Source: Mesotaenium endlicherianum (lineage: Eukaryota). From it: a DNA stretch of 63,591 nt. The DNA lies in assembly GCA_009602735.1 (NCBI GenBank), contig WELA01002119.1, forward strand, positions 318,143 to 381,733. Reading direction: 5' to 3'. The notes beneath the pieces were generated by a model. It did no database searches, was not told the origin of the DNA, and saw only the letters and a program-made list of their open reading frames with translations. Position numbers and translations under genes: made by a program. How positions within the stretch are numbered: position 1 is the first letter of the stretch; each line of letters starts with the position of its first letter. Below are positions 22,299 to 34,963 of this stretch, piece by piece.

Positions 22299-23270
22299 GA
22301 GTAGTAGTGCTGGAATTGTTCGCCGGACTTGGTACTGGAACCATCGCACTGATTCAGCGAGGTATCCAGGTATCCAAAGTGCTGTATGTGGACAATGATG
22401 AGAGTGCTTTTACAGCATTTGAGGAGGTCATGAGTCAGATGCGGCAAATGTACCATTTCAAGGCATTGGTGCCTACTAGTGTGGTGCATCTTGCTGGAGG
22501 AAACATTCTCGATGTGAAGTTTGAGGACCTGTATGGTTACAGGATTGACTGAATTTTTGCGGGATTCCCTTGTCAACCTTTCTCGCAAGCTGGGAACAGG
22601 AGGGGATTCAATGACCCGCGAGCACAACACTGGGGAAGGATGGTGAAAATCATCAGTATGCTGCGGGAACGCCAGCATCTCTACCCACCAGTGTTTGTGA
22701 TTGAGAATGTACTTCCAGGGATGGATTACAACCAGATGAAGCCAGGAGATCCATGGCTGGTCTTCGACTCCACCCTGGGTCATCATGTATTGATCAACGA
22801 CGCCAGGCACGCAGGACTCTCACACCGGGCCAGACTATTCTGGACCAACGGCATGTCCATTGAACTCCTGAGGGAGATGGAGGAGATTACGCGGCGCACG
22901 CCAACGGCAGTATTTGTGGGAGAAGCACTGATGGTGGAAACCAAGCCAGTGATCAGGGTGGATTCCTACCCACAGTACGTCGTCAACGAGCCAGGCCGGC
23001 CAAAGATGGTGCTGCCCACCTTCACAGCATACCCAGGATCACGCGCATTCGTGAATGGAGGACCAGGAATGGTCAAAGATGTGCACGACAGAGAAGCTCA
23101 GTGGAGAGAGCCGACAACTGAAAAGAAGGGAAGGTGCCTGGGGGTACCCAACTCCATTGCACAAGAAATTGTTGCAATGGTGGGACAGGACAACGCTGTG
23201 AAGATATTCGGCAATATGATTGGGCATCTCTCCATGACATGGTTGGTAGAGACGATTATGACTTGGCAAC
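22274..23270 (+). pseudogene. C5 cytosine DNA methyltransferase domain (one in-frame stop at 22550-22552)
   Basis: Motifs in canonical order and one frame: I VLELFAGLG (22307); IV FAGFPCQPFSQAG (PC at 22568-22573); GFNDPR; VI FVIENV (22703); VIII HRARLFWTN (22823); IX WREPTTEKKGRCLGVP; X KIFGNMI. Confidence 0.9.
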
Positions 23271-25199
23271 AGATGACGTTCTCTGACAAGCCTATGCCCA
23301 CGCCGAGGCCGGTAACGATTGGAGTCTATGTGGTGCCAACCTCTGATCAGAGAGCTATCAGGGAAGCGTATCAGCGACAAAAAGAATATGGTGTTGAAAG
23401 AGACGCAGCTGAGGCTGACCAAGATGATACACTCAGAAAAACCAGAGTGGTGGAGCTGACCAGGTGTCAAGACCTATTGGCGCGAATTGACAATCGGATG
23501 GCGACTCTACACGACCCTCTGGAAAGAGAGTTGCGGAGGCTGCAAGAAGACGTAACCATGGAAGACCAGGTCTTTGGGAGCCCATCCCCAGACGCGGTAA
23601 CATCAAAATATGAAGAACGCCAGTGCAATATTGGCGAATGTGCCGAAGAATGCAGTCAAAATTCAAGAAATTTTGGAGGGTCTGGAAAGACCATTTGCCT
23701 GGAGGTGATTTTTGAAGAACACAGGAAGGAGACGGCCAAGAGATTGCTCGCCACACTTGTTCTGATGAGCCCAGGGCCAGAGGCCAAAGGGCAACCACAA
23801 GACACAGTTGGCAGCACAGCTGAGTCGATCACCAGGCAAATCATGGCGCAGTTGCTACAAGCAGACGCCCCTCGACTCAAGGAAGAGAAAGTGGCGAAAG
23901 CAGCTCTTGCTCTACAGTCAGCCATCATCAACATGGCGAGGCTCAACACAGGAAGGGATGAAGAATTGCCGCCTCCTAGAACAGAGAAGCCGGAGGAGGA
24001 AGAGGATGCAGAGATGCAAGGCCTCTTGGAGTTGGAGTTCCCATCACTCAACAATGAAGGGGACATTAGGGAAGAAATTCCACGTTTTCCCACGCCAGAG
24101 CTGGATCTGCTTGACTTACAGGAGCTGAGGACAGACGACAAGGTAGCTGACCACCTGATGGGGCCAAGCCCGGCAGACCTTTATGAAGAATTAAAGTCGC
24201 CAACATCCAGTTCTCCTACTGCCAGTCTTCCAGTATCAGAGCCCAAGACAACCGCACAACCGCCGCAACGGCAGGAGGTGACTGCCTGCACTGCTAAAGT
24301 GGAGACAGCACAAGGAAAGCCCGAAAGTCGCGCAAGCAGACCAAGGAAGGTGGCCCGTGAGGGTAACGCATCTTTTAGGAGGATGCTAAAGCGATATTTC
24401 AAGCATAAGGGGAAGGCTTAGAGAGAGGGCGTTCCGCGAGGAACCACAGCCCCACCTCCTCCGCCTCTGCGGGATATTCTACAGAGAGAGGGAGAGGACG
24501 GCTTGGTTCGCAGGGCAATGGCATTGGGCATTAGTGTACCGCCAGGCATGAACACGCCCTTGTTGCAACTATCAGATCTTAGGATACAGAGGTCGGAGGA
24601 GCCTGCTCCCATGATACTGCAATCCCAGGATGGGAACAGATGGATCTGAGAAACACCATCAGCCGCTTGACCGCAGCAGATGATGCCTTTCTTGCACAAC
24701 TAGCGGCACCTCAAAGGCCGCAAACGTTGGTGCAGGCATGGATGGTCACACCACCCGCAAGGGAGGAGTATCGCACGACCGTCGCCCGCATAGCTATTAT
24801 TGAGCGAGAATGGGACTGGGCGATCAGCCCTAGGACAGATCTTGCAGGTTTTCCAATGGCAAACCAACCTCGGCCACGTGAAGAAGGAGGAACCGGGACC
24901 AGTTGGACTGCAGTCGACAAGGACATGATCCTGAGGTAGCCCATCCGGAGGCGCCTGACATACCCCTCATCGCGGGAGAGGCGACGCGTCATTGGAAAAG
25001 GTAAAAAGCCTAAGAAACAGGCTGCCGAACTTATGGCAACGGAGGAGCAAGCTGCAAAGCCTGCTACCCCACCTCCTAAGAATCAGGCAGAAAAGCCTGA
25101 GAGCCAGAATCAGGCAGAAAAGCCTGAGGGCCAAGATGAGGGCGGGAAGCCCCCACCTGCACCTAAGGAGTAGCAACTACTCGATGCCTTTGTTGGGGA

Positions 25200-26017
25200 G
25201 AAGCAACCTGAAACGGAGACTTTTGCCATTGGGAAAATGGTCTCAGTCCAGCAGAGAGCACAAGTAGAAAGGTTGCTGAAGAAACACCGCAAGGTATTTG
25301 CTTTCGCTAAAGGGGAGATTGGTAGAACCACTGCCGGTGTGTGTGAGATCACACTAACTACTGATAACCCAGTCAGACTAGGGCCGCATAAGCTCAGTCA
25401 GACAGAGTGGGACTGTGTGGAGAAAACTTGCGTTAGCTGCATAAGCTCCGCATGATTGAAAAATCTACCCCAGTGCATGGGGCTCCCACAGTTGTAGTCG
25501 CTAAAAAGAACGAGGCCGGCAATTACACTGCCACTCGTATGTGTGGAGATTACAAGCGACTGAATCTCTACACGGAGCCAGACAGTTATGTGATGCCTAC
25601 ACCGAAAAGGAACTTTGCAATTGCCACCACCGGAAAGGTGTTCAGCATCATCGATCTGCGCCAAGGCTTCAACCAGATCCCTGTGAAAACAGAAGATCGA
25701 GGTGAGACTGCTTTCTGGGCTCAAAGGGAACTTTGGCAATGGACAGTAATGCCATTTGGGCTGAAAAATGCCCCAGCCATATTTCAGAGGACTATGGATA
25801 AAGTGCTGGAGGGGCTGGATTTCGCTAAGCCATACATGGACGATGTGGTAGTATTCAGCAAGTCCATAGAGGTGCACCTCGAGCACTTGGAACAAGTGTT
25901 CCAGCGCCAGGAGAAATTCCAAATGAAGCTGCATTTTGGGAAGTGCAGATCCTTTGAGGCACACGTGCCTTACCTAGGACATGAGATTGGGAACAATGCT
26001 ACGTCCCCTCAGGCTGT
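25200..26017 (+). pseudogene. pol: Reverse transcriptase (5' part) of the DNMT-bearing element
   Basis: RMCGDYKRLN, SIIDLRQGFNQI, VMPFGLKNAPAIFQR, YMDDVVVFS, YLGHEI. One frameshift near 25440; cut by element B. Confidence 0.92.
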
Positions 26018-26765
26018 TGTAATGAATCAGTATATTAGTAAATATAATATTCATTTAAATATAATAGTTAATTAAGTTCAGCCTGCTGAACTTTAGTTAA
26101 TAGTCAGTCTGCTGGACTTTACATAATTATCAGTTTAATGACTCAGCCGGAAGCAGCAGGCTGAAGTCCATATAAGTCAGCTTGCTGACCCATTCTTTGA
26201 CAGCCAGCTGACTTCCGTACTCGGTAGCAGCGAACTGCCTTGACTTAGACCTAAGTACGATATGCTAGATGAATGGCCAGATGACATCCCTATGATGGAT
26301 GGCTATTCGGGATGATGGGAGATGGCGGTGGATTTGGTTAACCAAGGTCTTACCAACGTGGTTAACTCCCGGGTAGGCGGTGCCATCGCACTGACCGTTG
26401 AACAGTAAACTCATTCCATGTACATATGCTAGGCATTGCTCTTGGGTTCGGCATTCGGAAACGAGGCCAACTCTCCTGTACAGCTTACTGAGAGAGATCT
26501 GAATCCAAGGCGAGTACCCATTGATACGCACTGCCTTCTAACCTTGCTTATGTATGAGTTTACTGCATTATTGATGCTAGTTTACTCGCATTTGACTTAC
26601 GAGTATTATTCACTGCTAGTGTATTGTCCTTTGCCGTTTAACCAGTTAACGAAAATACCATAAAGATAACTTGCTGATATAAAGATCTTTATTAATTGTT
26701 AATCGCTTATTTGGTAAGTTGATTCATTTCAGTGGTATCGGAGCAGTTATCACAGTCTTCTTTGT

Positions 26766-28244
26766 ATGGTAAGGACAAGGTCTCAAACTAGCAACTCCCG
26801 AGACATGGAGAACCAGGATAACGAGAATGTCGAAAACCAGGCGGAAAGCCATGTAGCGGGAAACCGTACCTATTCGGAAGCAGTAGCGGATACTGCAGCT
26901 AGGGAGGCTGCAGATGAGGCAGCTGCTATTGCCTCAGTCGCAGCTCAGCAAGCTGAGGAGGAGATAGCCAGACTAGAAGCTGAACAAGTAGCAAAGGCCG
27001 CTGAAGATATACAAAGGAGGGAAGGACAGCCAGCTGACGAGCGCACTGTTGAAGAACTTATGGCATCAAGGGCCAATGTTCTGAACCCACCTCCTGCCGT
27101 ACAACTCAATGTACCCCTAGGTCAAATACGTGACCGGCTGAATGCGGCAGGAATTGCTGCTGCAGGAGCAAGAGGGATTGTTGAGGACACTACTCAGCGA
27201 GTAGATGCCAATGCTGCTGCTGCATTTGCTAATCTACCACCCCAAAATGTAGACTTGGGAGCATTGTTCGTTCAGATGCAGTCGCAAATGGCGACCATGT
27301 ATCAGTCCCAGCAGGAGGACAAAAGAATCATAATGTCCCTACTCCGGGACAGAGACCAACTGGGGTCTCACACCACTAGTGGTGGTGGCCGAGGGCCTAG
27401 TAAGCCCAAGCCGAAACCTCCCCAGGACTATGATCCTGAGGGAAACAGAAAATATTACCTGATCAAGTTTCTCGCGGATGTTGAGCAGTGGCTGGAGAAC
27501 TACCCAGAACTGCAAGATTACGAGAAGGTCAGGCACACCGGTGCGCTACTGAAAGGCAGTGCCGCAGACTGGTGGCTTTACTGGAAGGAAGAGCGTAAGG
27601 CTCGGCAACTCGGTGACCCTACGTGGGTAGAGTTTGTCGAGAAGTTGCATGAGAAGTTTGATGTCATCAACCAGCAGGAGAAAGCTATCTATGCGATGAT
27701 CTCCCTGACACTGAAGCAGACCACTTCAGTTGCTGAGTTTGCTCAAAAGTTCCAAGAGAACATGATGAAGCAGCCTGATTTGCCAGAACGGTATAGGATA
27801 GCATACTTCAGGTATGGCTTGAAATCCGAGGTCTCTGGTCATTTTGCTGAGAAAAAGTATGAGAAACTGGCTGACTTGATCCAGGATGCTGACGCCTGGG
27901 ATCAGCAGCAGTTCAATCACAAGCGCCAGAGTAACGCTTTGGTGTCTAAGATTGTCAAAAAGCCCCACGGTTCCTACAATGCAGTTGAAGGAGACCAGGC
28001 TGAGGATAATCAGGGTGATGAATATGAGTATGAGTACAATGCTATTCAGTCTAGAGGTAGAGGTGGTCCCTCTCGAGGTGGCTATGGAAGGGGTGGTGGT
28101 AGGACTAAGCCGAGACCAGCCTCAGCAAAATCTACTTGCTACCATTGTCAGCAGAAAGGCCACTACAGAGAACAGTGTCCGGTCAAGCACCTGCCTAAGG
28201 TCGAGAGAAAAGACCAGCCTTTAAAAGACAGCAACAGTCAGTAA
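26766..28244 (+). CDS. gag: Gag of element B
   Basis: 492 aa, nearly identical to gag of A. Confidence 0.95.
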   Translation: MVRTRSQTSNSRDMENQDNENVENQAESHVAGNRTYSEAVADTAAREAADEAAAIASVAAQQAEEEIARLEAEQVAKAAEDIQRREGQPADERTVEELMASRANVLNPPPAVQLNVPLGQIRDRLNAAGIAAAGARGIVEDTTQRVDANAAAAFANLPPQNVDLGALFVQMQSQMATMYQSQQEDKRIIMSLLRDRDQLGSHTTSGGGRGPSKPKPKPPQDYDPEGNRKYYLIKFLADVEQWLENYPELQDYEKVRHTGALLKGSAADWWLYWKEERKARQLGDPTWVEFVEKLHEKFDVINQQEKAIYAMISLTLKQTTSVAEFAQKFQENMMKQPDLPERYRIAYFRYGLKSEVSGHFAEKKYEKLADLIQDADAWDQQQFNHKRQSNALVSKIVKKPHGSYNAVEGDQAEDNQGDEYEYEYNAIQSRGRGGPSRGGYGRGGGRTKPRPASAKSTCYHCQQKGHYREQCPVKHLPKVERKDQPLKDSNSQ

Positions 28245-28312
28245 TCCAGTCTACTGACTGTGAGGATGCTAGAGATAGTGAGTCGTCACTAGCTGCCCTC
28301 GTAGCAGGTATT

Positions 28313-31300
28313 ATGGGTCCTGCTGAACTGGATTCACTATGCATGCCTGACAAACAGATAAAGGAGACCATCAGTAATATAGACGTCCAGAGAGTGCACA
28401 CTCTGGATGCTCTTGTTCCACCTGATGTCCAACATTTCTTTGCTACGTCAGGAGAACAATGCGAAAGTCAGGAAAAGACAGTCCCCCCTATCCTACTGCA
28501 TTGCATGATTGCAGGTAGGAAGGTGAGGGCATTTGTTGACGGAGGGGCGTCACATACTTTTATCCACAAGGACTTAGTTAAGCGGCTAAGGCTGCCTACT
28601 GTCACCCAAGGGAATAGAAAAATATTCCTTGGAGATGCCTCAAGTATCCCGGGAGGAGTTATAACCAAGCCTATTGAGGTCCAGTTAGGTTCTGGCATTG
28701 CAGTTCTAACTGAAACGCTTACATTTGAGGTACTCAACACTGGCTTTTATGATCTCGTGCTAGGCAGGTCCTGGCTTAATAGACATCAAGCTGAAGTGTG
28801 TTGGAGCAGAGGTACAGTTAAAGTGAGAGGAGCCAGTGATGGGCAGACTGACTTGGCACCCACCAGTGCTCTTCCTCTTGTCCTGTGTGGATGGCAAATG
28901 AAGGAAAAGAAGAGGCTTCCAGAAGGATGCAAGTTGCTGAATGCAATGGAGTTCGTCAAAAGCTGGAACCAGAAGGAAGACAGAATGTTCTGTCTGCTGC
29001 TAAGAGAGGTACCCCCTCAACCTGAAGAAGTGGTTGAGAAAAAGGTACGGCCTCCGGAGCACCCTATTGCTGCAAGCATTGTTGCTCAGTACACGGATGT
29101 GTTTAATATGCCTCCAGGACTACCGCCTAAGCGGGAAGTAGATCATAGGATTGATTTATTACTTGGTAGTCAGCCACCCTGGCAACGCACGTATGGCTTG
29201 TTTTATTTGGAGAGTGAGGAGTTAAAAACACAGATTGCAGAGCTGGAGGAAAATGGTTACATTTGTCCCAGTAAATCACCGTACGGCGCACCTATCCTAT
29301 TTGTTAAGAAAAAGGATGGCAGTATGCGAATGTGTGTGGATTACAGAGCCCTGAACAGAATTACAGTAAAGAACAAGTATGCTTTACCCAGAATCGAGGA
29401 CTTGCTTGATACCCTGTCTGGTGCTAAGGTGTTCAGTAAGATAGATCTCAAGAGTGGTTATCATCAAATCAGAATTGCTGAGGGAGACGAACACAAGACT
29501 GCCTTCCGCACACGTTATGGACACTATGAGTTCAACGTGATGCCATTTGGACTGACTAATGCTCCTGCTACCTTTATGGGTGCTATGAATGACATTTTCA
29601 GACCTTATTTGGATAAGTTTGTGCAAGTTTTCCTGGATGATATTTTAATTTTCTCTAAAGATGAAGCTCAGCACACTGAACACTTCAAAATAGTCCTGGA
29701 CACTCTGCGAAAAAATCACTTATATGCTAAAATGAGCAAGTGTGATTTCTTTAAGGAAAGTATTGAATTCTTAGGCCACGTTGTCAGTAAAGAGGGCATC
29801 AGTGTGGATCCTAAGAAAGTCCAGACCATAAGGGACTGGCCAGTACCACAGTCTGTCTCTCAAGTTAGATCCTTCCGCGGGTTGGCTGACTACTATAGGA
29901 GATTTATTGAGAATTATTCCACAAAGGCCAGTAAACTGACTGACCTTACTAAGAAAGACATCGGGTATGTGTGGGGGGAAGAGCAGCAGGCTGCCTTCCA
30001 GACCCTTAAAGATGCCCTTTGTTCTGCCCCAGTGCTAGCCGTGTATGACCCCAGCAAACCGGTGCAGGTGGTTACTGATGCCTCTGATTTTGCCATGGGT
30101 GCTATTTTGTTGCAGCCTGCTGACAAAACCACAAAGGATGGTAAGGTACGGCAGGAGTGGCATCCTGTGTTGTATGAGTCTATGAAATTTAATCCAGCGG
30201 AGATTAATTACTCAGTGCATGATAAAGAGCTGCTAGCCATCATTCATGTGCTCAAACAGTGGAGAGCATACTTACATGGTAAAGCTTTTAAGGTGATTAC
30301 AGATCATCTAGCTCTGACCCACTTTCAGAAGAAGTCCAAGCTGTCGAGGAGGGAGAACCGCTGGAGCCAGATGCTGGAGCAGTTCCAAGTCCAGATCGAC
30401 TACAAACCAGGGAAGTTGAATCCTGCTGATGCACTCTCTAGAAGACCTGACTTGCAAGAAAGGAACTTTAGTCAGCATGCTGTAGATAAAGTCCTGTGTG
30501 CACTCACTTCACTAAAGGTGAAAAAGTCCTTCCTTGAACAACTTAGGAAAGCCTACCTTTATGACCCAACATTTGAGCCCAGCCCCACTACTGGTATGTG
30601 TCGTGCTACCGCATTCGGGTATAAGCTCAAGGGAGGAATCTGGGTGTCTGAAACCACTTCAAGCAGGCTGAAGCTGGTCATTCCTAATAACTTGGAAATA
30701 AGGTCTCTCTTACTGAGTCAAGCTCATGACATTCTCCNTTCTCCTGGGTGGACATTTAGGGCAGGCCAAAACTGTTGGCAAACTGGCAAAACATTATCTT
30801 TGGGAGGGGTTACCCCGGGAGGTCTTGAAATATGTCAAGTCCTGTGACCAGTGTCAGAGAAATAAGTCTCGGCACACACCACCCGGAGGTCTCTTGCAAC
30901 CACTACCCATCCCAGCTGGACGCTGGGAAACTATATACTTGGACTGGGTGGTCACACTGCCACGAACTGCTAATGGGCATGATTCGATATTGGTAGTCGT
31001 GGATAAACTGACAAAAATGGTCATTTTCATCCCCACAACCGTCAAAGTCACTGCACTCGAAACAGCGAGACAGTTTTACAACCATGTCGTCTGCCAACAT
31101 GGGCTACCTTCTAATATCATCTCAGACAGAGACTCAAAATTCACCTCTAATCTCTGGAAAGCTTTAATGGGGTTAATAGGAGTCAAACAGCTGCTCAGCA
31201 CAGCAAACCACCCTCAGACTGATGGGCAGACTGAAAGAACTAATCGAGTTCTGCAGGAGGTGCTGAGAGCATATATTAACCAAAAACAAGATAATTGGGA

Positions 31301-32036
31301 TGACCTGTTGCCTCAAATGCAGTTTGCGGTCAACAGTGCGGTGCACGCGTCAACGGGCAAGACTCCTTTTGAACTCAGCCTGGGTAGAGTTCCTAAGTCT
31401 CCTTTAGATGTGCTAGGGGAATCTTTAACTCACCCTGAAGGGATTGACAACCCGGTCTCCCTCCAGTTAACTCAGGAGTTTGCTGACACCCTGTCAGAAG
31501 TCCAACGAAACTTGCACAAGGCCCAAGAAAACCAACAAAAATACGCTAATCAACACCGTCGGGAACTGACATTTTCCAAGGGGGATTTAGTCAAACTGCA
31601 TTCTCAGCACCTGTACCTCCCTGGTGTGGTCAAGAAAAAGCTTGGCCCTGTCCGGGTCGGTCCATATTCGGTGGTACGTCGTATCGGTCAGAATGCTTAC
31701 AAACTAAACATGTCAGCTGAATACAAGGGTCACCCGGTCCTTAATGTCTCCTTCCTGGAACCATACATCAAAGGTGATACACTGTTCACAAGTCGGTTAC
31801 CTGTCCAACCGGGACCGGTCCCCGCTGTCCGAGACGGCGACCCTGAGGAATATGAGGTCGATGAGATTTTAGACGCTCGCTCGGTCCGTCGATCGTCTAA
31901 ATATGTCATGAAATACATCATTCGATAGAAGGGTTACGATGCCTCTGGGGACACTTGGGAGTTTAAGGACCACTTGACCAATGCCACAGGGGCGTTGACA
32001 CGGTTCCACCTTCGGGCCGCTGGAGTCCCTTCATAA
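28313..32036 (+). pseudogene. pol: Pol of element B
   Basis: Collinear with pol of A. Frameshift at the ambiguous base 30738 (possible assembly artefact) and a TGG-to-TAG stop inside the chromodomain at 31926. Confidence 0.92.
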
Positions 32037-32426
32037 CTGTCATTTCAGTTGACACGGGAAGGTGACAGGCGGTCCTGTCTCCATTTAAGTTGGAGGGGAA
32101 AATATATGACAGTTAGTGAGCGAGAGCGATAAAGGGACAGTTACGTGAATCCTAAATGTCAGCATAGTGACAGAGGGGACAGCCTGGCCCACATAAAGCA
32201 CCTTGAGCTGAAGGAAAAAGGGCCTCGCACAACACTACATCACTTAACTCACCCTACAACACAATCATACGTTAATGTTTAGCGCATCGCAACTACGTCA
32301 ACTTTTAGTAATCATCTTGTAAGGTAAACAGCATCGAATCCACTATACTAATACTAACATACTTCCCGCAATTTCTATGACAAAGGCACATACCCTACTA
32401 ACTTGTGCCCTGGTTACATGCACAGG

Positions 32427-34130
32427 ATGGCGCCCACCACACAAAAGGAGGACAGAAAGCGCAAGGCAGAAGAAGCCAGGAGGACAATGGAGCAATACCA
32501 GAAGGAGCTGGCGGCGACGTCCCTCACCAGGAGAGAACAAGAAAGGGTCCGCAAGCAACAAGAGGCGGCAGAAGAGGCACANAAACAAGAGGCGACAGAA
32601 GAGGCACAGAGGAAGAAGGATCAGGAAGCGGAAAACCTCAGGAAAGCTGAGGAGGCGAGACAGAAGAAACAACAAGAAGAAGCGGCAGCGGCAGAGGAGG
32701 AGAAAAGGAAAAAGATTGAAGCAGACAGACAGAAGAGCTTGGCCACTTACAGGTATACTGTGGTGGGTGGTCAAAACTTCAATAACCTGAAGGAGGCATT
32801 GCTGGCAGCCCTGGAGATCAACAGGCTGGAACAGATAACACTGCTACAGAGGGAAGGAGCTGCAGCACTGGATAGGTACATCGAGACACACATTGGTGTG
32901 GTCCTCTACGAGGATTATGCCAAGATGGTGGGCTATACAGCGGAGCAGGCTCGGTATCTCGCACATGATTCAGAGGACAAGCCGGTCCCCATACCGGGAA
33001 TAGTGGGAGATCAGAGACTCATCCGGATGGTGAGCATGCGGCCCGATAGCTTTAAGGATACGGTATTCTACCTCACACTCCTGCCAGCTTACAATGAAGT
33101 TGAGAGAAGGAGCTGGGAGTACTTGGCCAGGGAAGCAGGACAGCAGATGTTCTCTCCCCACTGGTTCCCGTGTAAACTGAGGAAGGCTGAGCACGGACCC
33201 CAGTACTACCAGCAGCCAACAGACTGGAGGTGGATGACCGTCACAAATAAGAAGCAGGAGTGTGACCGAGCCCAACCGGATGACTTCCACTATGGCCTAG
33301 ACGGCTATCTCATCCTACCACCTCATTTTGCCCCTTGGGATCCCAGGCTGAATGGATGCCTGAGCAATATGAATGCAGAGACCAAAGAGCATAGGAGGAG
33401 GGGAAGAGACTACTTCTCTAAGGGAAAGCATGCCTTTGTCAAATGGGCAAAGAATGCAGGCCGGATAGATATCAGCAGGCTGAAGGCCAAGCAACCTCCA
33501 GCGCGCCCTAAGAAAGGGAGGTCGGTAGACTACTCCATGTCTACTAGGGAGCAGGACGACTTAGTGGACGAGACCCCTACTCTCTCCGAGGAGGAGGATG
33601 AGGAGGATGAGGAAGAAGAACAAGGCAGAGGAGAAGCATCAGCAGCAGGTACTTAAGATACCCCGGGGCAGACAGGGGCGCTCCCTAAAGAACCACGATC
33701 AGGTATTTGGAATGTGATCCCCGTTATGGCGACAACTGGACCCCGCGCTCGCTCCCCCAGCCCACCTGCCCAAGCAGGGGAAGAAGCTGATCTGACTGTA
33801 CTGGGCAGCAGACACAGGCAGAAATCCTCAGAGGACAGGGGTGCCAGAAGAGGGACACGCGGGTGGGCCAGAGGTATGCCGGCCTCCCCCTCCGCTCAAG
33901 GGCATGTACCTCTAGCCAATGTATTTCAACATCCTACTGGAATGCCTGTCTATGTGGGGATCAACACCCAAGTGGTTGAAGAACAGGCTACCATCCTTCG
34001 TTCTCCTCGAGGCCCAACTTTAGAGCAAACAGGGTTCTTTAGAAGGCCAGCTGACAGACCTAGAGGGCTGTCCAGATCTAGGTCCAGATCTCCGTCTCCT
34101 GACCCTGAAGCCCCAGGAACAACCCCTTAA
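32427..34130 (+). pseudogene. ORF3 of element B (A-type), premature stop at 33654
   Basis: Near-identical to 7146-8822, with TAA replacing a CAG codon. Confidence 0.9.
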
Positions 34131-34963
34131 GGTGACACGCTGAAGAGGCAGTCAGTAAGGGAGGTTGGTCAGGGTCAGTTTTTTTATTTAAGGCTTTGGC
34201 AGTTTAATGTTGTCGAGGCGACAACAAGTTAAGTTGGAGGGATTGTAATGAATCAGTATATTAGTGGATATAATATTCATTTAAATATAATAGTTAATTA
34301 AGTTCAGCCTGCTGAACTTTAGTTAATAGTCAGTCTGCTGGACTTTACATAATTATCAGTTTAATGACTCAGCCGGAAGCAGCAGGCTGAAGTCCATATA
34401 AGTCAGCTTGCTGACCCATTCTTTGACAGCCAGCTGACTTCCGTACTCGGTAGCAGCGAACTGCCTTGACTTACACCTAAGTACGATATGCTAGATGAAT
34501 GGCCAGATGACATCCCTATGATGGATGGCTATTCGGGATGATGGGAGATGGCGGTGGATTTGGTTAACCGAGGTCCTACCAACGTGGTTAACTCCCGGGT
34601 AGGCGGTGCCATCGCACTGACCGTTGAACAGTAAACTCATTCCATGTACATATGCTAGGCATTGCTCTCGGGTTCGGCATTCGAAAACGAGGCCAACTCT
34701 CCTGTACAGCTTACTGTGAGAGATCTGAATCCAAGGCGAGAAGCCATTGATACGCACTGTCTTCTAACCTTGCTTATGTATGAGTTTACTGATTTGCATT
34801 ATTGATGCTAGTTTACTCGCATTTGACTTACGAGTATTATTCACTGCTAGTGTATTGTCCTTTGCCGTTTAACCAGTTAACGGAAATTGCCATAAACATT
34901 ACTTGTTGATATAAAGATCTTTATTAATTGTTAATCGCTTATTTGGTAAGTCGATTCATTTCA

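Larger units (their letters stand above)
26018..34963 (+). mobile_element. Element B: full-length family-1 copy, slightly decayed
   Basis: LTRs 26018-26731 and 34244-34963; TSD GCTGT (26013-26017, 34964-34968); PBS at 26733. Confidence 0.96.

Noticed and set aside
30738..30738. Frameshifts or short duplications at single n bases (30738, 32582, 38995, 42806, 48010)
   Set aside because: They coincide with ambiguous bases and often duplicate adjacent sequence, so they are likely assembly joins rather than biology.
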